A stretch of 64,000 nt of DNA from a virus. Below, piece by piece: positions 36,744-46,174 of this stretch (its first letter is position 1; each line of letters starts with the position of its first letter). Below the pieces are notes generated by a model. The model worked only from the letters and a program-made list of their open reading frames with translations, ran no database searches and was not told where the DNA came from. The DNA lies in the IMG/VR virus record IMGVR_UViG_3300046692_000383, positions 1 through 64,000 of that record; one strand, written 5' to 3'. The position numbers were made by a program, and so were the translations under genes.

Positions 36744-38036
36744 TTATTTGCCGGACAGGTACGCATCGAGCTCGGTGGAGCTCGCAGCGTCGCCAACTTT
36801 GGCAGTGGTAGTTTTGACGTTTTTGGAGGCTTGAGCTTCCACGCCGTCGAGGTAAGCGCTCAGGGCAACAGCAGCATCACCGGCTTTGCACTTGACACCA
36901 AGCTTTTTAACGCCGTAGGCAGCAACGCTGGCAGTGGACATTGCAGCATGGTCGAAAGCGCCTGTGACTTTCGAAACACGGGCGTACAGCTTATCGCGCT
37001 CGGCGACAGCTTTGAACATGGAGTCCATAGTCACACCCGGCTTGGCGGTGGCTTCTTCGTCACCCATCGGTTTTTCTTTGCCTTCGGCTTCTTCACCTTC
37101 AGCTTCATCACCGGCTTCGGCTTCTTCACCTTCAGCCTCATCGCCACCTTCGGCTGGAGGAGCCAAGGCTGCCAGTAGCTGTTGCAGCAGGGCAGTGATG
37201 CTGCCGTCCTCGTCATCTTTGACTTCGGCTGGAGGAACTTCACCTTCACCTTCGGCAGGTGGAACTTCGCCCTCAGTCGGAGGGACTTCACCTTCGGCCG
37301 GAGGAACCTCACCTTCGCCTTCGGCCGGGGCAGCCTCAGACAGGAATTGCTGCAGAGCAGGCAGCAAGATTTCGCGGAGTTTCTCAACGGCTGCGCCGTC
37401 CAGAGCTTTCGCTTTTTTAGCTTTAACAGCCATGGATTCATCCTCATTGGACGGGTTGGGAAAAGCTGAGTCGAGGATGCGAGCACCCGGGACACGAGCA
37501 CGATCGACACGGGCAAGATGGTTGCCCGCCATATCGGTCTGAATTGCAGCGTGCGCCTCTCCATCAACTGGAGTAAAGACGCAGGTGAAACCGAGGGACA
37601 ACTCGGTCTTCTTGCCTGCCATAATTTGGCGGATCATTGCGCGGCTGTATACCACGATGTCACCGATAACCCAACCTGTTGCTTCGTCCCAACGAACGTT
37701 AGTCAGAATGCCACAGACACCTTTCTTGGAAGGGTCAACACCGTCGGGCTCATCAGCCCCGTCAACTGTCAAGCCTTCAAGGTAAGTGTGGTCGTCGATA
37801 AGGGGGATATTTTGGCAAGAGTCGAGGAAGGCCCGGGAGGTAACTGTCTCAGCCGGTCGAGAAACTTTGACCAGTTCGTTGGGGTCACCTTCAAGCTGGG
37901 CTTCCGAACGTGCGTAGTCGAAAACGCCAGGGCTGGTGATCGGGCAACCATCAATACGAAGGTAACCGTTCTCATCAACCCTGCGCTTGCTCTCGCCGCC
38001 GGCTGCTGCATCAAAAATGATTCGCTGGACCATCAA
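36744..38036 (-). CDS. prohead protease/scaffolding-like protein with acidic tandem repeats
   Basis: N-terminal ~200 aa domain, then (PPAEGEV)n and (GDEAEGEEAE)n repeats and an Ala-rich C-terminus. Sits between the lysis genes and the decoration/capsid genes. Confidence 0.45.
   Translation of the reverse strand: MMVQRIIFDAAAGGESKRRVDENGYLRIDGCPITSPGVFDYARSEAQLEGDPNELVKVSRPAETVTSRAFLDSCQNIPLIDDHTYLEGLTVDGADEPDGVDPSKKGVCGILTNVRWDEATGWVIGDIVVYSRAMIRQIMAGKKTELSLGFTCVFTPVDGEAHAAIQTDMAGNHLARVDRARVPGARILDSAFPNPSNEDESMAVKAKKAKALDGAAVEKLREILLPALQQFLSEAAPAEGEGEVPPAEGEVPPTEGEVPPAEGEGEVPPAEVKDDEDGSITALLQQLLAALAPPAEGGDEAEGEEAEAGDEAEGEEAEGKEKPMGDEEATAKPGVTMDSMFKAVAERDKLYARVSKVTGAFDHAAMSTASVAAYGVKKLGVKCKAGDAAVALSAYLDGVEAQASKNVKTTTAKVGDAASSTELDAYLSGK
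37075..37335. repeat. in-frame tandem DNA repeats (~15-nt unit GGAGGAACTTCACCTTCGGC and GC-rich GAAGCC units) inside the scaffold-like gene
   Basis: Direct repeats visible on the + strand. They encode EGEVPPAEGEVPPTEGEVPP and GDEAEGEEAEAGDEAEGEEAEG. Confidence 0.6.
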
Positions 38037-38145
38037 CTGGACCTCTAAACTGATACGCTGATTTTACACCCTGTTTTGGTATAAGTAAACGTCAAGGGAT
38101 TAACTTTAGTTATAAGGAGTACCAGGCGTATATGCCTGGCTGATC

Positions 38146-38601
38146 CTAGCTGATAAACAGCTGGTACTCTGCCTCACGGCGATTGACGAGACCAGCCAGC
38201 ACTTTGCCTTTTGCTTTGTTCCACTTATGAAACTCTTGGGCAGCACCAGCCTTGTCGCCAGCCGTGAACTTCGCCAACAGCGTCGAGTCGCCCAGGCCCT
38301 CAGCAATCTTGTCCAAGTCGATATCACTTCCGACATTGTAAGCAAAGCTGACCAGTGCGTCAAACTCACCTTGAGTTAGGACCTTGCCCTTTGTCAAGAA
38401 CAGCACATCCTTCTCAAACTGAGCCAGGTCAACAGCCAGTAACTCGAGAGCCCTGGCGTGTGTAATCTCTAGGCCCGCCCACACATCCTTGCCAGTATGG
38501 CCAAAGCCAATAGTCCAGATTCCGGCAGAGCATGGGTAGGCTTTTAGTTTGCAGCCCTCATAAAACGAGATGAGGGCAATACCTTTACTTGACGTTTTCA
38601 T
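38146..38601 (-). CDS. endolysin, GH24 (T4-lysozyme-like) with Cys at the position of catalytic Asp20
   Basis: GIALISFYEGCKLKAYPCSAGIWTIGFGHT aligns to T4L E11…D20…T26 with conserved spacing (E, +9, +15), but with C instead of D at +9. ORF-track ORF 38146-38640 trimmed to ATG 38601. Confidence 0.7.
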   Translation of the reverse strand: MKTSSKGIALISFYEGCKLKAYPCSAGIWTIGFGHTGKDVWAGLEITHARALELLAVDLAQFEKDVLFLTKGKVLTQGEFDALVSFAYNVGSDIDLDKIAEGLGDSTLLAKFTAGDKAGAAQEFHKWNKAKGKVLAGLVNRREAEYQLFIS

Positions 38602-38932
38602 TCTTACATACCAGTAGGTAACGGCCAAAAGGCGAGACAAGCCAAATGACTATTAGGTTAGTGTAGGCATTCACCAGGTCGTAGTACTTGTAGACCGAGA
38701 AGAACTTATTCGCGAACAGGTTATTCGCGTGCAGTGCCACTACGCTCGGTTCTGCGAGCATAATGGCAGCCAGCACGAAATAAACTATTGAGGTAATCAG
38801 CACGAATGCAGCAAGCATACGTGCAACACTGTGGGTGGATTGCCGCAGCACCACTGCTGACCCTATAAAGCACAAGATATGTGTCAGCATCGTGAGCCAA
38901 ACAGTCATAGGTACCAGTGTGAGCGTATTCAT
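38585..38932 (-). CDS. membrane protein in lysis cassette (holin/antiholin candidate)
   Basis: 115 aa with ~3 hydrophobic helices, between the holin candidate and the endolysin. Confidence 0.4.
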   Translation of the reverse strand: MNTLTLVPMTVWLTMLTHILCFIGSAVVLRQSTHSVARMLAAFVLITSIVYFVLAAIMLAEPSVVALHANNLFANKFFSVYKYYDLVNAYTNLIVIWLVSPFGRYLLVCKNENVK

Positions 38933-39222
38933 TTTATTACTCCTCCAATATTAGAGGTTAACCTGTCTTCCAGCAACTTAATAAAGGTGCTGCCCATATA
39001 CGCTGCAACTCCGATTAAAGCGTCCCTGCCTGTCAGTGTTTCCGGAATCATCGACCCGGCCAACCACGCAGCAAATACTGCTACAGCGAGGTTAGCCAGG
39101 AAGACTCCGAACTTGAAAGGCGTACCTGCCAAGCTCTGGTACGCCGTCTTTGCAGACGCCGCACCGAGTGCCATCAGAAAGAGCTGACCAAAAGACAGAA
39201 GCTTTTCGATCAAGTGTTCCAT
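38929..39222 (-). CDS. holin candidate
   Basis: 97 aa with 2-3 TM helices and a charged C-terminus. ATGA overlap with the next membrane protein. Upstream of the endolysin. Confidence 0.45.
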   Translation of the reverse strand: MEHLIEKLLSFGQLFLMALGAASAKTAYQSLAGTPFKFGVFLANLAVAVFAAWLAGSMIPETLTGRDALIGVAAYMGSTFIKLLEDRLTSNIGGVIK

Positions 39223-39270
39223 TGTAGTTCCTTGGGAGTTAAGTTGTTAGGCCATCCCTGACAACAGTAG

Positions 39271-40041
39271 TCAATCATCTAGCGAGACTTTTGGTCGCAT
39301 GCGGCACCGGCAGTGGATCGCATAACCGGGTTTACCAATATCACCTTTCTTGCAGCCATCGTCGTTATTTGCATCACTACCGTCTACGTTATATAATTCA
39401 GCTGGGCCGCCTTTGACCAGGAACTCTTTGCCGTCTCGCTTCACGTGGCATAGGCGAGGGGTTTTACCAGCGCTAGAGTGGTCCCAGATAAAAGTCTCAA
39501 TACCGGCTGCACTCATGCGCTCGGAGTTAAGGGAAGTAAAAATCTTGGCATTCTGGTCTACGGAGATAAGCTTGGCGCGGTTGCCAACCATCTCTTTCAG
39601 CTCAGGATAGATCTTGGACTGGTCTGGGCCATGCTCAATGTAAAGTTTAGTTAGCTTTTCCTGCGCATCTGCCGACAAATTGGTAATCAAGTCAACATTA
39701 TCGCGGATCTGTGGGGCGAGGTCACTGACGTCTGCAACTCCAACAGTAATTGCTTTACTCAGCTTTTCCAAGGAGGACCAGACTGAAGTACGGCTGTGGC
39801 GGTTTACCTTCGCCGCAAAGCGGGACGCGATCCGATAAGCCTTTCGCCGAAGGATATTCAGACTGCTGACTGTCAGGGCATCGCCAACATAACCTGGAAG
39901 GTTGAGTGACTCCATAACAGCGGCGTAAATTTCTGCACGGTACTCCTGCTCGACAGCGGCTGACGGGATAAGAGGTTGCCCCACCTTATCCTTGGTCGGC
40001 GGACTATAAACACGCTTTTTGCTTGCCTGAAATTTAGCCAT
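39271..40041 (-). CDS. head morphogenesis protein, Mu gpF / SPP1 gp7-like
   Basis: C-terminal PGYAIHCRCRMRP matches the Mu-F-like HPNCRC signature. Located downstream of the portal. Confidence 0.6.
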   Translation of the reverse strand: MAKFQASKKRVYSPPTKDKVGQPLIPSAAVEQEYRAEIYAAVMESLNLPGYVGDALTVSSLNILRRKAYRIASRFAAKVNRHSRTSVWSSLEKLSKAITVGVADVSDLAPQIRDNVDLITNLSADAQEKLTKLYIEHGPDQSKIYPELKEMVGNRAKLISVDQNAKIFTSLNSERMSAAGIETFIWDHSSAGKTPRLCHVKRDGKEFLVKGGPAELYNVDGSDANNDDGCKKGDIGKPGYAIHCRCRMRPKVSLDD

Positions 40042-40106
40042 AAATAGGTGGCTCCAACCCTACGCTAGTGAACCCAATAACACTAGTATAGGGCCGGAGC
40101 CGAATC

Positions 40107-41942
40107 TCACTCTGCTGTTGGGTCAGTAGGTTTGCGGATCTTTTCCGGTACCGGAACACCGGAGATAACAGTTGGCTTGGCAGTTTGGTCTAGACCATCT
40201 ACCGAGGGCTTGACCCCGATCAAAGCATCGCCATTGTCCTCGCCCACAGCGGTGGGCGCCAGAGCCGTAGCCAGTTTGCGAATCAGGCTGGTGATGCCTG
40301 GACCTGCCGGCTCATCTTGCTGTTGGGCGATCAGCGCGGCGACGGCCACTGCTGCAGCAATTGCCTGGGTGACGTCAGCTTCACCTTCAGCTTCATCCTC
40401 GACGACAGGGATATTGATGTCTTCGTTCTCAGCTTCATCGCCGAAGCCGCCTCCGCCTTCTGGAGGAGTAGGCTCGGGAACACCTGGCGCCTCTTCGTCA
40501 GTCAGGGTGTAGCCACTATCCTTGTCGAGGCGAAGGCGTTGACGCTCTTCATCTGGGCTAATAACACCCTTATCGATAAGCACACCGCCGGTTTCAGCTT
40601 TGACTTTCTGCATATTGGCCAGCGCTTCTGCTTTAACACTGTCTACTGGCTGCCAGGTATGTTCAATTTGAACCCCGTCGAAGTAGGAGAGGGACATCAG
40701 CAGATAGTGGCGCTCGAGGAACGGGTTGCCCCAGCCGGTTTGGATGGATTCCAGGAATTCGTGGTAACTGTCAGCTTCGCCTTCGCCTGTTGGGTTGAAA
40801 CCTTTTGGCGAAGTACCAAGCAGTTTGGTCGACGGAGTCTTTGCAATAGCTGCGACGATTTGGTATTGCGTCATAATGACAACATCCAAATCTGCGAGCG
40901 AGGTATCAGTCTGCTGCAGCTCTTCGTCTTTGCCAAGTAGCTTAATGCCGAAGTTGTCGCGGTAGGTGATCCAGTCAGTCAGCTTCTTGATAAGCGCATT
41001 GCGTTTGAGGCCGGCTTTCGCCATGTCAACTTTCAGCGCAGTAGTCCGCTTGGACATCGCGAGAAGTGGAGCTTCGTTAGCAGTTCGCTCGGCAGCGTAG
41101 ACTCGCTCAGCAATTCGCTGCGTCAGCGGGATACCGCCGAACATGTAGCTCGGCTTGAGAATGTCAGCCGGTTCGTCGCCGCGTAGGATAACCAGGTGGG
41201 AACGGTGGTATTGCTTACCACCGGTAATCCAGAAAGCTGGATCATAGAAGTGTGGGCTGGTAGCATCAGATGCGCCCACAGTGTCAAGCAGCGGGAAGAT
41301 CCACATCGGGTCGACTTGGGACCAGCCGCGGAACGACCCAGCGGTAATACCATCCGGATTGAATTGTTTCTGGTAGTAGTCCGGGTCCGAGGATTCGATG
41401 ATAGGAATCAGTACGCGGATGCCAAAGATGTTGGTGAACTTACCGGCTTCAGTAAAGACGTCATCAGTCTTGAACTTCTTGTCGAGTTCTTTCACCTTGT
41501 TGGTGAGTTCTTCGACATGCGCCTTGTCGTCAACACCCTTGAAGTCAACGTCCCAGCCGTTACGGACAGAGTCTTCGACAGACATGGTGCAGGCCTTGGC
41601 AACGAGCCAATGCTGCGCAAGAATTGCACACTGCTGGTGGCCGATAAAACCTTGGGAGTTATACCACTCGGCAAGTGCCGCTGACATGGAACCCATGCCG
41701 ACTGTCATGCTCTTGTCCATCGAGTCGCCAACCCGTGCTATTACTGCAGCATCCATCGCAGCCATTGGGTTGGAACTAACAACTTCGAAGTCGGAGATAG
41801 TGCGCTGAAGAGACTTTGCAATCCCTGTCAACTCGAGTTTGTCTGGGTAATAGCTCTCGTCGAGCGGGTCGTTATCTACAACCTTGGCGGTTGGAACGAC
41901 TGCCTGCTTAGGCTTGCGTCGGAAAGGGTTTGTGAATTTCAC
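40107..41942 (-). CDS. portal protein
   Basis: 611 aa between TerL and the Mu-F-like gene (canonical order). Acidic Gly/Glu-rich C-terminal extension. Confidence 0.55.
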   Translation of the reverse strand: MKFTNPFRRKPKQAVVPTAKVVDNDPLDESYYPDKLELTGIAKSLQRTISDFEVVSSNPMAAMDAAVIARVGDSMDKSMTVGMGSMSAALAEWYNSQGFIGHQQCAILAQHWLVAKACTMSVEDSVRNGWDVDFKGVDDKAHVEELTNKVKELDKKFKTDDVFTEAGKFTNIFGIRVLIPIIESSDPDYYQKQFNPDGITAGSFRGWSQVDPMWIFPLLDTVGASDATSPHFYDPAFWITGGKQYHRSHLVILRGDEPADILKPSYMFGGIPLTQRIAERVYAAERTANEAPLLAMSKRTTALKVDMAKAGLKRNALIKKLTDWITYRDNFGIKLLGKDEELQQTDTSLADLDVVIMTQYQIVAAIAKTPSTKLLGTSPKGFNPTGEGEADSYHEFLESIQTGWGNPFLERHYLLMSLSYFDGVQIEHTWQPVDSVKAEALANMQKVKAETGGVLIDKGVISPDEERQRLRLDKDSGYTLTDEEAPGVPEPTPPEGGGGFGDEAENEDINIPVVEDEAEGEADVTQAIAAAVAVAALIAQQQDEPAGPGITSLIRKLATALAPTAVGEDNGDALIGVKPSVDGLDQTAKPTVISGVPVPEKIRKPTDPTAE

Positions 41943-42019
41943 CGGGTGGTTACTCCAGAACTAATCGTCCGATTATAGACAAAGGGCAGTTCGGGAGTAC
42001 ACCACTATTTTCTGGTGAG

Positions 42020-42421
42020 TTAGAAGGGAAGATCTTTGGCTACTTGAATCTCGTCAGAGAGAGACTTTGCTGCAGGATCACAACCATGCCAAAAGCCATT
42101 CTCGTCGCGGAGTCGAAGCTTACCGAGGTCCAGCGAAACCTTGAGGTTGCCCATATTGCAGACAGTACATGTAGCGATTTCGCCGACGAGCAGTTGATCG
42201 AGGCCTTTCGGTAAAGGAGCAACTGGGGCCCAAGGTTGGGCAACACCTGCATGGCGGGGAGTCGGATCACCAATGCCTTTCCACGGTTGGGTCCGTCGTT
42301 GCGGAGGTGGACAGTTTGCTGTCTCTACAGCCATCTCTGCGATAGTACGGTTTTTATTGTCGCCGAGTCGACAAGCCTTGTCAATCTCATCATTAATGAG
42401 CATATCTGCATACTCGCCCAT
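42020..42421 (-). CDS. hypothetical protein
   Basis: 133-aa ORF in the packaging-proximal block. Confidence 0.45.
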   Translation of the reverse strand: MGEYADMLINDEIDKACRLGDNKNRTIAEMAVETANCPPPQRRTQPWKGIGDPTPRHAGVAQPWAPVAPLPKGLDQLLVGEIATCTVCNMGNLKVSLDLGKLRLRDENGFWHGCDPAAKSLSDEIQVAKDLPF

Positions 42422-42423
42422 AG

Positions 42424-42624
42424 CTATTTCCCCTTATTAGCTTCACGACGGCGAGTACGTTCCAATGAACGCTCGTACTCAGCTGCCAAAACTGTTGCAG
42501 TGCGCAGTTCAGCAGACGAATGACTTGCTGCGAGCCTAGCAGCAGCTTCGTCTTTTGCAGTGATCGTGTACTTAGGTCCTTTAAAAGCGGCGTAAGTCTT
42601 CAGAATCTTGTCTTGCATTTGCAT
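42424..42624 (-). CDS. hypothetical small protein
   Basis: 66-aa ORF tightly spaced with its neighbours. Confidence 0.4.
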   Translation of the reverse strand: MQMQDKILKTYAAFKGPKYTITAKDEAAARLAASHSSAELRTATVLAAEYERSLERTRRREANKGK

Positions 42625-42672
42625 TACTCTTCAATAGAACAATGGCCCCAGAAGGGCCATTATTGTCAGTTG

Positions 42673-43263
42673 TTATTCAGCAGCTTCGTTGGTTTCAGCT
42701 TGTTGAGCTTCAGCCATTTTGGCTGCTTCTTCAGCTTCGATAGCAGTACGAACATCTTCGACGGCAGCGTGGAAGTCGAACTCTTCGCCGTAGATTTTGC
42801 GAAGGGCTGCAAGTGCCTTTTCACCTTTAGTTGCTTTTGCAGCAGTATTGCCGAAAGAACGAGTCGAAGCGATGTTACGGTCTTTTCTCCAGTAGCAGAG
42901 GTAGCTGCTGATTACGCCTTCAGAGGTGCCTTCAGCTGCTACACGAGCTGCTGCTTTCAAATCACCGCCTTCAGCGTGAGCTTTGTCGAAAGCTTCGTAC
43001 AGCGCATCACGCTTGCTTGGGCCACGAGTACCTTTCTCTTTGGCCGGAGGGGCTGGCGGCTGAGGCTGCTCAATGATAACCAGCGAACCACTTTCGTCGA
43101 TTTCAGGTGCAATTTCGTTCAGTTCAGTCCATGCTTCTTTCAATTCACGCATCGACATCTTCATGCAGGTTTCTTCTTTATAAGAAGACTCTTCATGGTT
43201 AACGATCTGAGCGACCAGTTTTTCTTTAGCAGTCAGTTTCTTTTCAGTGGTAGTCATGTTCAT
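42673..43263 (-). CDS. hypothetical protein with acidic Ala/Glu-rich C-terminus
   Basis: 196-aa ORF. Its own class-A-like promoter with the conserved leader lies just upstream on the minus strand. Confidence 0.5.
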   Translation of the reverse strand: MNMTTTEKKLTAKEKLVAQIVNHEESSYKEETCMKMSMRELKEAWTELNEIAPEIDESGSLVIIEQPQPPAPPAKEKGTRGPSKRDALYEAFDKAHAEGGDLKAAARVAAEGTSEGVISSYLCYWRKDRNIASTRSFGNTAAKATKGEKALAALRKIYGEEFDFHAAVEDVRTAIEAEEAAKMAEAQQAETNEAAE

Positions 43264-43306
43264 TACTCGCTTTAGGTTGGTTTGCTTGTTGCTTGTTGAT
43301 GTGTTT

Positions 43307-43335
43307 ATTATGCCAGCAGGAGTGCTGCAGCGGAA
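43307..43335 (-). promoter_or_regulatory. class-A-like promoter (minus strand) CATAAT with weak -35, plus leader AAACACATCAACAAGCAACAAGCAAACC
   Basis: Reverse complement of 43262-43335. The leader matches the family consensus. Confidence 0.35.
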
Positions 43336-43403
43336 ATATCATTTTGGAATATTAACTGCTGGTGGTTATAGCTAATCAGTTCTATCCTAAAGGGGTAAAG
43401 TAG

Positions 43404-43432
43404 CGTACAACACACACGCGTACATACATAAT
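43404..43432 (+). promoter_or_regulatory. class-A promoter CGTACA-N17-CATAAT with leader AGGTACATCAACAAGCAACAACC
   Basis: Read directly. Drives the + strand moron gene. Confidence 0.45.
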
Positions 43433-43476
43433 AGGTACATCAACAAGCAACAACCACTTCTCAAAGGAACGTCAAA

Positions 43477-43764
43477 ATGGCTGCCGTCAAAAAAACTTTC
43501 GAACAACAAGTTGCCGCTGTTACTGCTGAGACAGTTCAATCCATGATTTGCAACGCGCTGTTCAACTCTATTGGTGTTGTTGTTTATCCGCAAAGCACTA
43601 TCGATAAGTACCCTACTTGTCCAGTAGCCTCTAAGGCCAAAGCATTGGAATCCTTCAGCAAAGAAGAAAAGCTTACTGCACTGAACTGGTATATGTCTAA
43701 CGCTGACTTCAGCGCTTTCAAAAAGTGGGACTGTCAGGCTGCCATCAACTCTTTGAACGTGTAA
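43477..43764 (+). CDS. hypothetical protein (moron-like gene on the opposite strand inside the late block)
   Basis: 95-aa ORF with its own promoter and a TTAATT-loop terminator. RBS AAAGGAAC. Confidence 0.55.
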   Translation: MAAVKKTFEQQVAAVTAETVQSMICNALFNSIGVVVYPQSTIDKYPTCPVASKAKALESFSKEEKLTALNWYMSNADFSAFKKWDCQAAINSLNV

Positions 43765-43777
43765 TCTTCAGCTAAAC

Positions 43778-43799
43778 AAAGCCCCTTAATTGGGGCTTT
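43778..43799. terminator. bidirectional terminator AAAGCCCC-TTAATT-GGGGCTTT
   Basis: Perfect hairpin between the convergent moron gene and TerL. Confidence 0.6.
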
Positions 43800-43808
43800 G
43801 TTCGTTAC

Positions 43809-45215
43809 TCAGTAACCATCGTCCTCATCATCCATGTCAAAGAAGCCTATAGAGTTGTCACCGTCATACATTGCGATAACAACCGCATCCGCTAGGTTGG
43901 GCGAAGGCAAGCCTCTCTTCTTCATATCTGCTTTCTTCTCCACCATTGTGCGGCCAGCCAAATCAATGATCTTTCGCGGCCCGCTCAGCTCGAGAATCAG
44001 CTTCTCAAAGCATTCCATCTCACTGCTAATAGACATCAGCTCTTCGGGCTGGAAGCTTGGTAGGTCTTCATCACCTCTCTCAACGGCTCGGCGTAGTACG
44101 AAAGTGTTTCGTGCACGGTCAGCCAGTTTGCCCCAGGCCTCAGCCTTCTTGTTGGTGAAGAATTCAGCGCAGGTGAATTCATCCTGGTAGGCATCGTCAG
44201 ACGGCCGCTCGCCGGCATGGAATTTCCCATAGTCAACAGTTGACAGGCTAACAGCACTACGAGCTTCGTTGAGTTCGATAATCTTTGGAACGGCTGCGGC
44301 GCCCACACCGATCACGTCGGGTACGAGCTTGGCTTTCAGCTCAAGTGCACGGTTATAGGCATGCTTTACGCTTTCCAGTAGCTGATCTTCTGAGGAGGAC
44401 CACTCCTCCAGCGAAAGGAGGAGGTTACCGTCCGCCTCGGCTAACGCCGAAGTATCTTCCCCTGCGTCAGCGATATCGAAGCCGAGGCGCTTGGTCCCGA
44501 CTGGCTTGAAGTTCAGGACGATGTGGGCGTCAACGCAAGCTCTCAGCCAGGAAGGCTTAATAAAGGAGAGCTGGTCGTCAGTGCGCGGTTCGCCCAGGTA
44601 AATGTGGTTGAAATCTTCTTCCGGTAGACGCTTCTTGGCATCGTTAATAACCGTCAGCATTGTTTCTGACAGGAATGGGTTGTCAGGGTAGTTGATCTGT
44701 ACGATAATGGAGTTGGCTGGCGGGTTAGTTACCAGCGACCAGACGAAGTCAGTAGCGAGGTCAGGGTTGAAGATAATCCAGATTTCAGAGCCATTCTTTC
44801 GAATGGTTGGCTCAATGATTTCCCACTGTTCCTTGGTCAGTTTACCGGCTTCTTCAATAACAAAGATGTCGACACCATCAAGCGACTTGATTTCCGGGAG
44901 GTTGCGGGCGATACCGTAGTACAGGTATTCTGTGCCAGTTACTTTGTCCAGGGTAACTGATCGCTGGAAGTCGTACTGATCGGAAAGGCCAAGTGCTTCA
45001 ATCCGAGATTCGATAAGGCTCTTGGCTGACTGTGCGATGGAATTCTGGAACTGTCGCGCAACTACAATCTTCAGCTGGATCTGACTGCCCATGTGAGCAA
45101 GTGCAGTTGCGAAGTCATAGGACTTGGATGATGCCCGTCCGCCATGAACAAGCTTCAAGCGCTTTGGCTTGAACCAAACCCGTTTGAGTTTGCGGTTCAT
45201 CCGCACCGGCGTCAT
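43809..45215 (-). CDS. terminase large subunit
   Basis: N-terminal Walker A KLVHGGRASSKSYD. 468 aa. Upstream of the portal. Confidence 0.8.
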   Translation of the reverse strand: MTPVRMNRKLKRVWFKPKRLKLVHGGRASSKSYDFATALAHMGSQIQLKIVVARQFQNSIAQSAKSLIESRIEALGLSDQYDFQRSVTLDKVTGTEYLYYGIARNLPEIKSLDGVDIFVIEEAGKLTKEQWEIIEPTIRKNGSEIWIIFNPDLATDFVWSLVTNPPANSIIVQINYPDNPFLSETMLTVINDAKKRLPEEDFNHIYLGEPRTDDQLSFIKPSWLRACVDAHIVLNFKPVGTKRLGFDIADAGEDTSALAEADGNLLLSLEEWSSSEDQLLESVKHAYNRALELKAKLVPDVIGVGAAAVPKIIELNEARSAVSLSTVDYGKFHAGERPSDDAYQDEFTCAEFFTNKKAEAWGKLADRARNTFVLRRAVERGDEDLPSFQPEELMSISSEMECFEKLILELSGPRKIIDLAGRTMVEKKADMKKRGLPSPNLADAVVIAMYDGDNSIGFFDMDDEDDGY

Positions 45216-45460
45216 TCTTCTGGCTCCTCTTCTTCTGGCTCGTCATCATCCATCTCGCCGTAGAAGTCAGCCAAGCTCTGGAAGCGGGCATCCTTTTTCT
45301 TGGACGCCGGTTTATCAACCCCCTCAAGGCGGGCGATTTCTTTCAGTGCCGACACCTTTGCGGTACCGGAGCACTCTTCGTCGGAGACAAGCGCCCAGAG
45401 CTCGATGATAATCTCGTCGCGGAGCTTGGCTTGCGCTTCGTCTGGGTTAATGGAGGACAT
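45212..45460 (-). CDS. putative terminase small subunit
   Basis: 82 aa with a very acidic C-terminus. ATGA overlap with TerL. Positional inference. Confidence 0.35.
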   Translation of the reverse strand: MSSINPDEAQAKLRDEIIIELWALVSDEECSGTAKVSALKEIARLEGVDKPASKKKDARFQSLADFYGEMDDDEPEEEEPEE

Positions 45461-45558
45461 GGAAAAGCCTAGTGGGTTTTAATACCGACTAGGCTATCGC
45501 GAAAGTAAGGATTTGTAAATGACAAGGGGCTACGCTGGCGAGAGAGCAGGCTGGTAGC

Positions 45559-45969
45559 CTACCAAGCAGAGTAGATCATACCGGCCGCGAGGGCGATAGA
45601 CAGAACTTTGAAAATCAATACGCTACGCTGGGCGTCTTGTAAACGTTTTTCTACGTCATTGAGTACCAGCACCATCTCTGACATAATGGAGACTTTCAGC
45701 TCGATCGTCTCTTCGGCAAGGCCCAAGTTCATACACAGCTCATTCATCGACTTGCCCTTCACCTGTGGGAGAACAGTATAGGCTGCGTCAATATTGCCGG
45801 CCAGCTCGTAGATAGCCTCAGCAGTAGGCTGTGGCGGAAGGCTAGCTGCTACATATGTACGTAGCTCGCGCCTGCGATGGACTGGATTTGCAGGAAGGAT
45901 AAGCTTTTGCATTTGAATTCCTTCTAAAGGTAGGTAGACATTATGTGTAAAAAGCCAACAGGTGTACAA
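45559..45969 (-). CDS. hypothetical protein
   Basis: 136-aa ORF. Confidence 0.4.
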   Translation of the reverse strand: MYTCWLFTHNVYLPLEGIQMQKLILPANPVHRRRELRTYVAASLPPQPTAEAIYELAGNIDAAYTVLPQVKGKSMNELCMNLGLAEETIELKVSIMSEMVLVLNDVEKRLQDAQRSVLIFKVLSIALAAGMIYSAW

Positions 45970-45997
45970 TACCCGTTGGCTCTAAGAAGCTGCTTAC

Positions 45998-46174
45998 TTA
46001 TTCTCCCACAGTGGTTGGATTACGGCCGATCCAAAGCAGCTTGGCTTCGTAATGTGCTTTGTCAACACTCCACTTCGGGTGAAGAGCTTGGACTTCCTGC
46101 CGGATAGCCAACAGGCCAGGGTAGTGCTTCTCTTCCTGCTGGTCGAGGTGCTCGAAGATTTTCTCGATATTCAT
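45998..46174 (-). CDS. small hypothetical protein (58 aa, below ORF-track cutoff)
   Basis: MNIEKIFEHLDQQEEKHYPGLLAIRQEVQALHPKWSVDKAHYEAKLLWIGRNPTTVGE. ATGA overlap with the stop of 46171-46935. Confidence 0.35.
   Translation of the reverse strand: MNIEKIFEHLDQQEEKHYPGLLAIRQEVQALHPKWSVDKAHYEAKLLWIGRNPTTVGE

Noticed and set aside
35056-36811. Three long + strand ORFs (35056-35583, 35665-36213, 35888-36811) overlapping the major capsid and decoration genes
   Set aside because: They are antisense to a coherent, terminator-flanked structural operon. Their Arg/Ser/Gly-rich composition is typical of reverse-frame artefacts in GC-biased codons.
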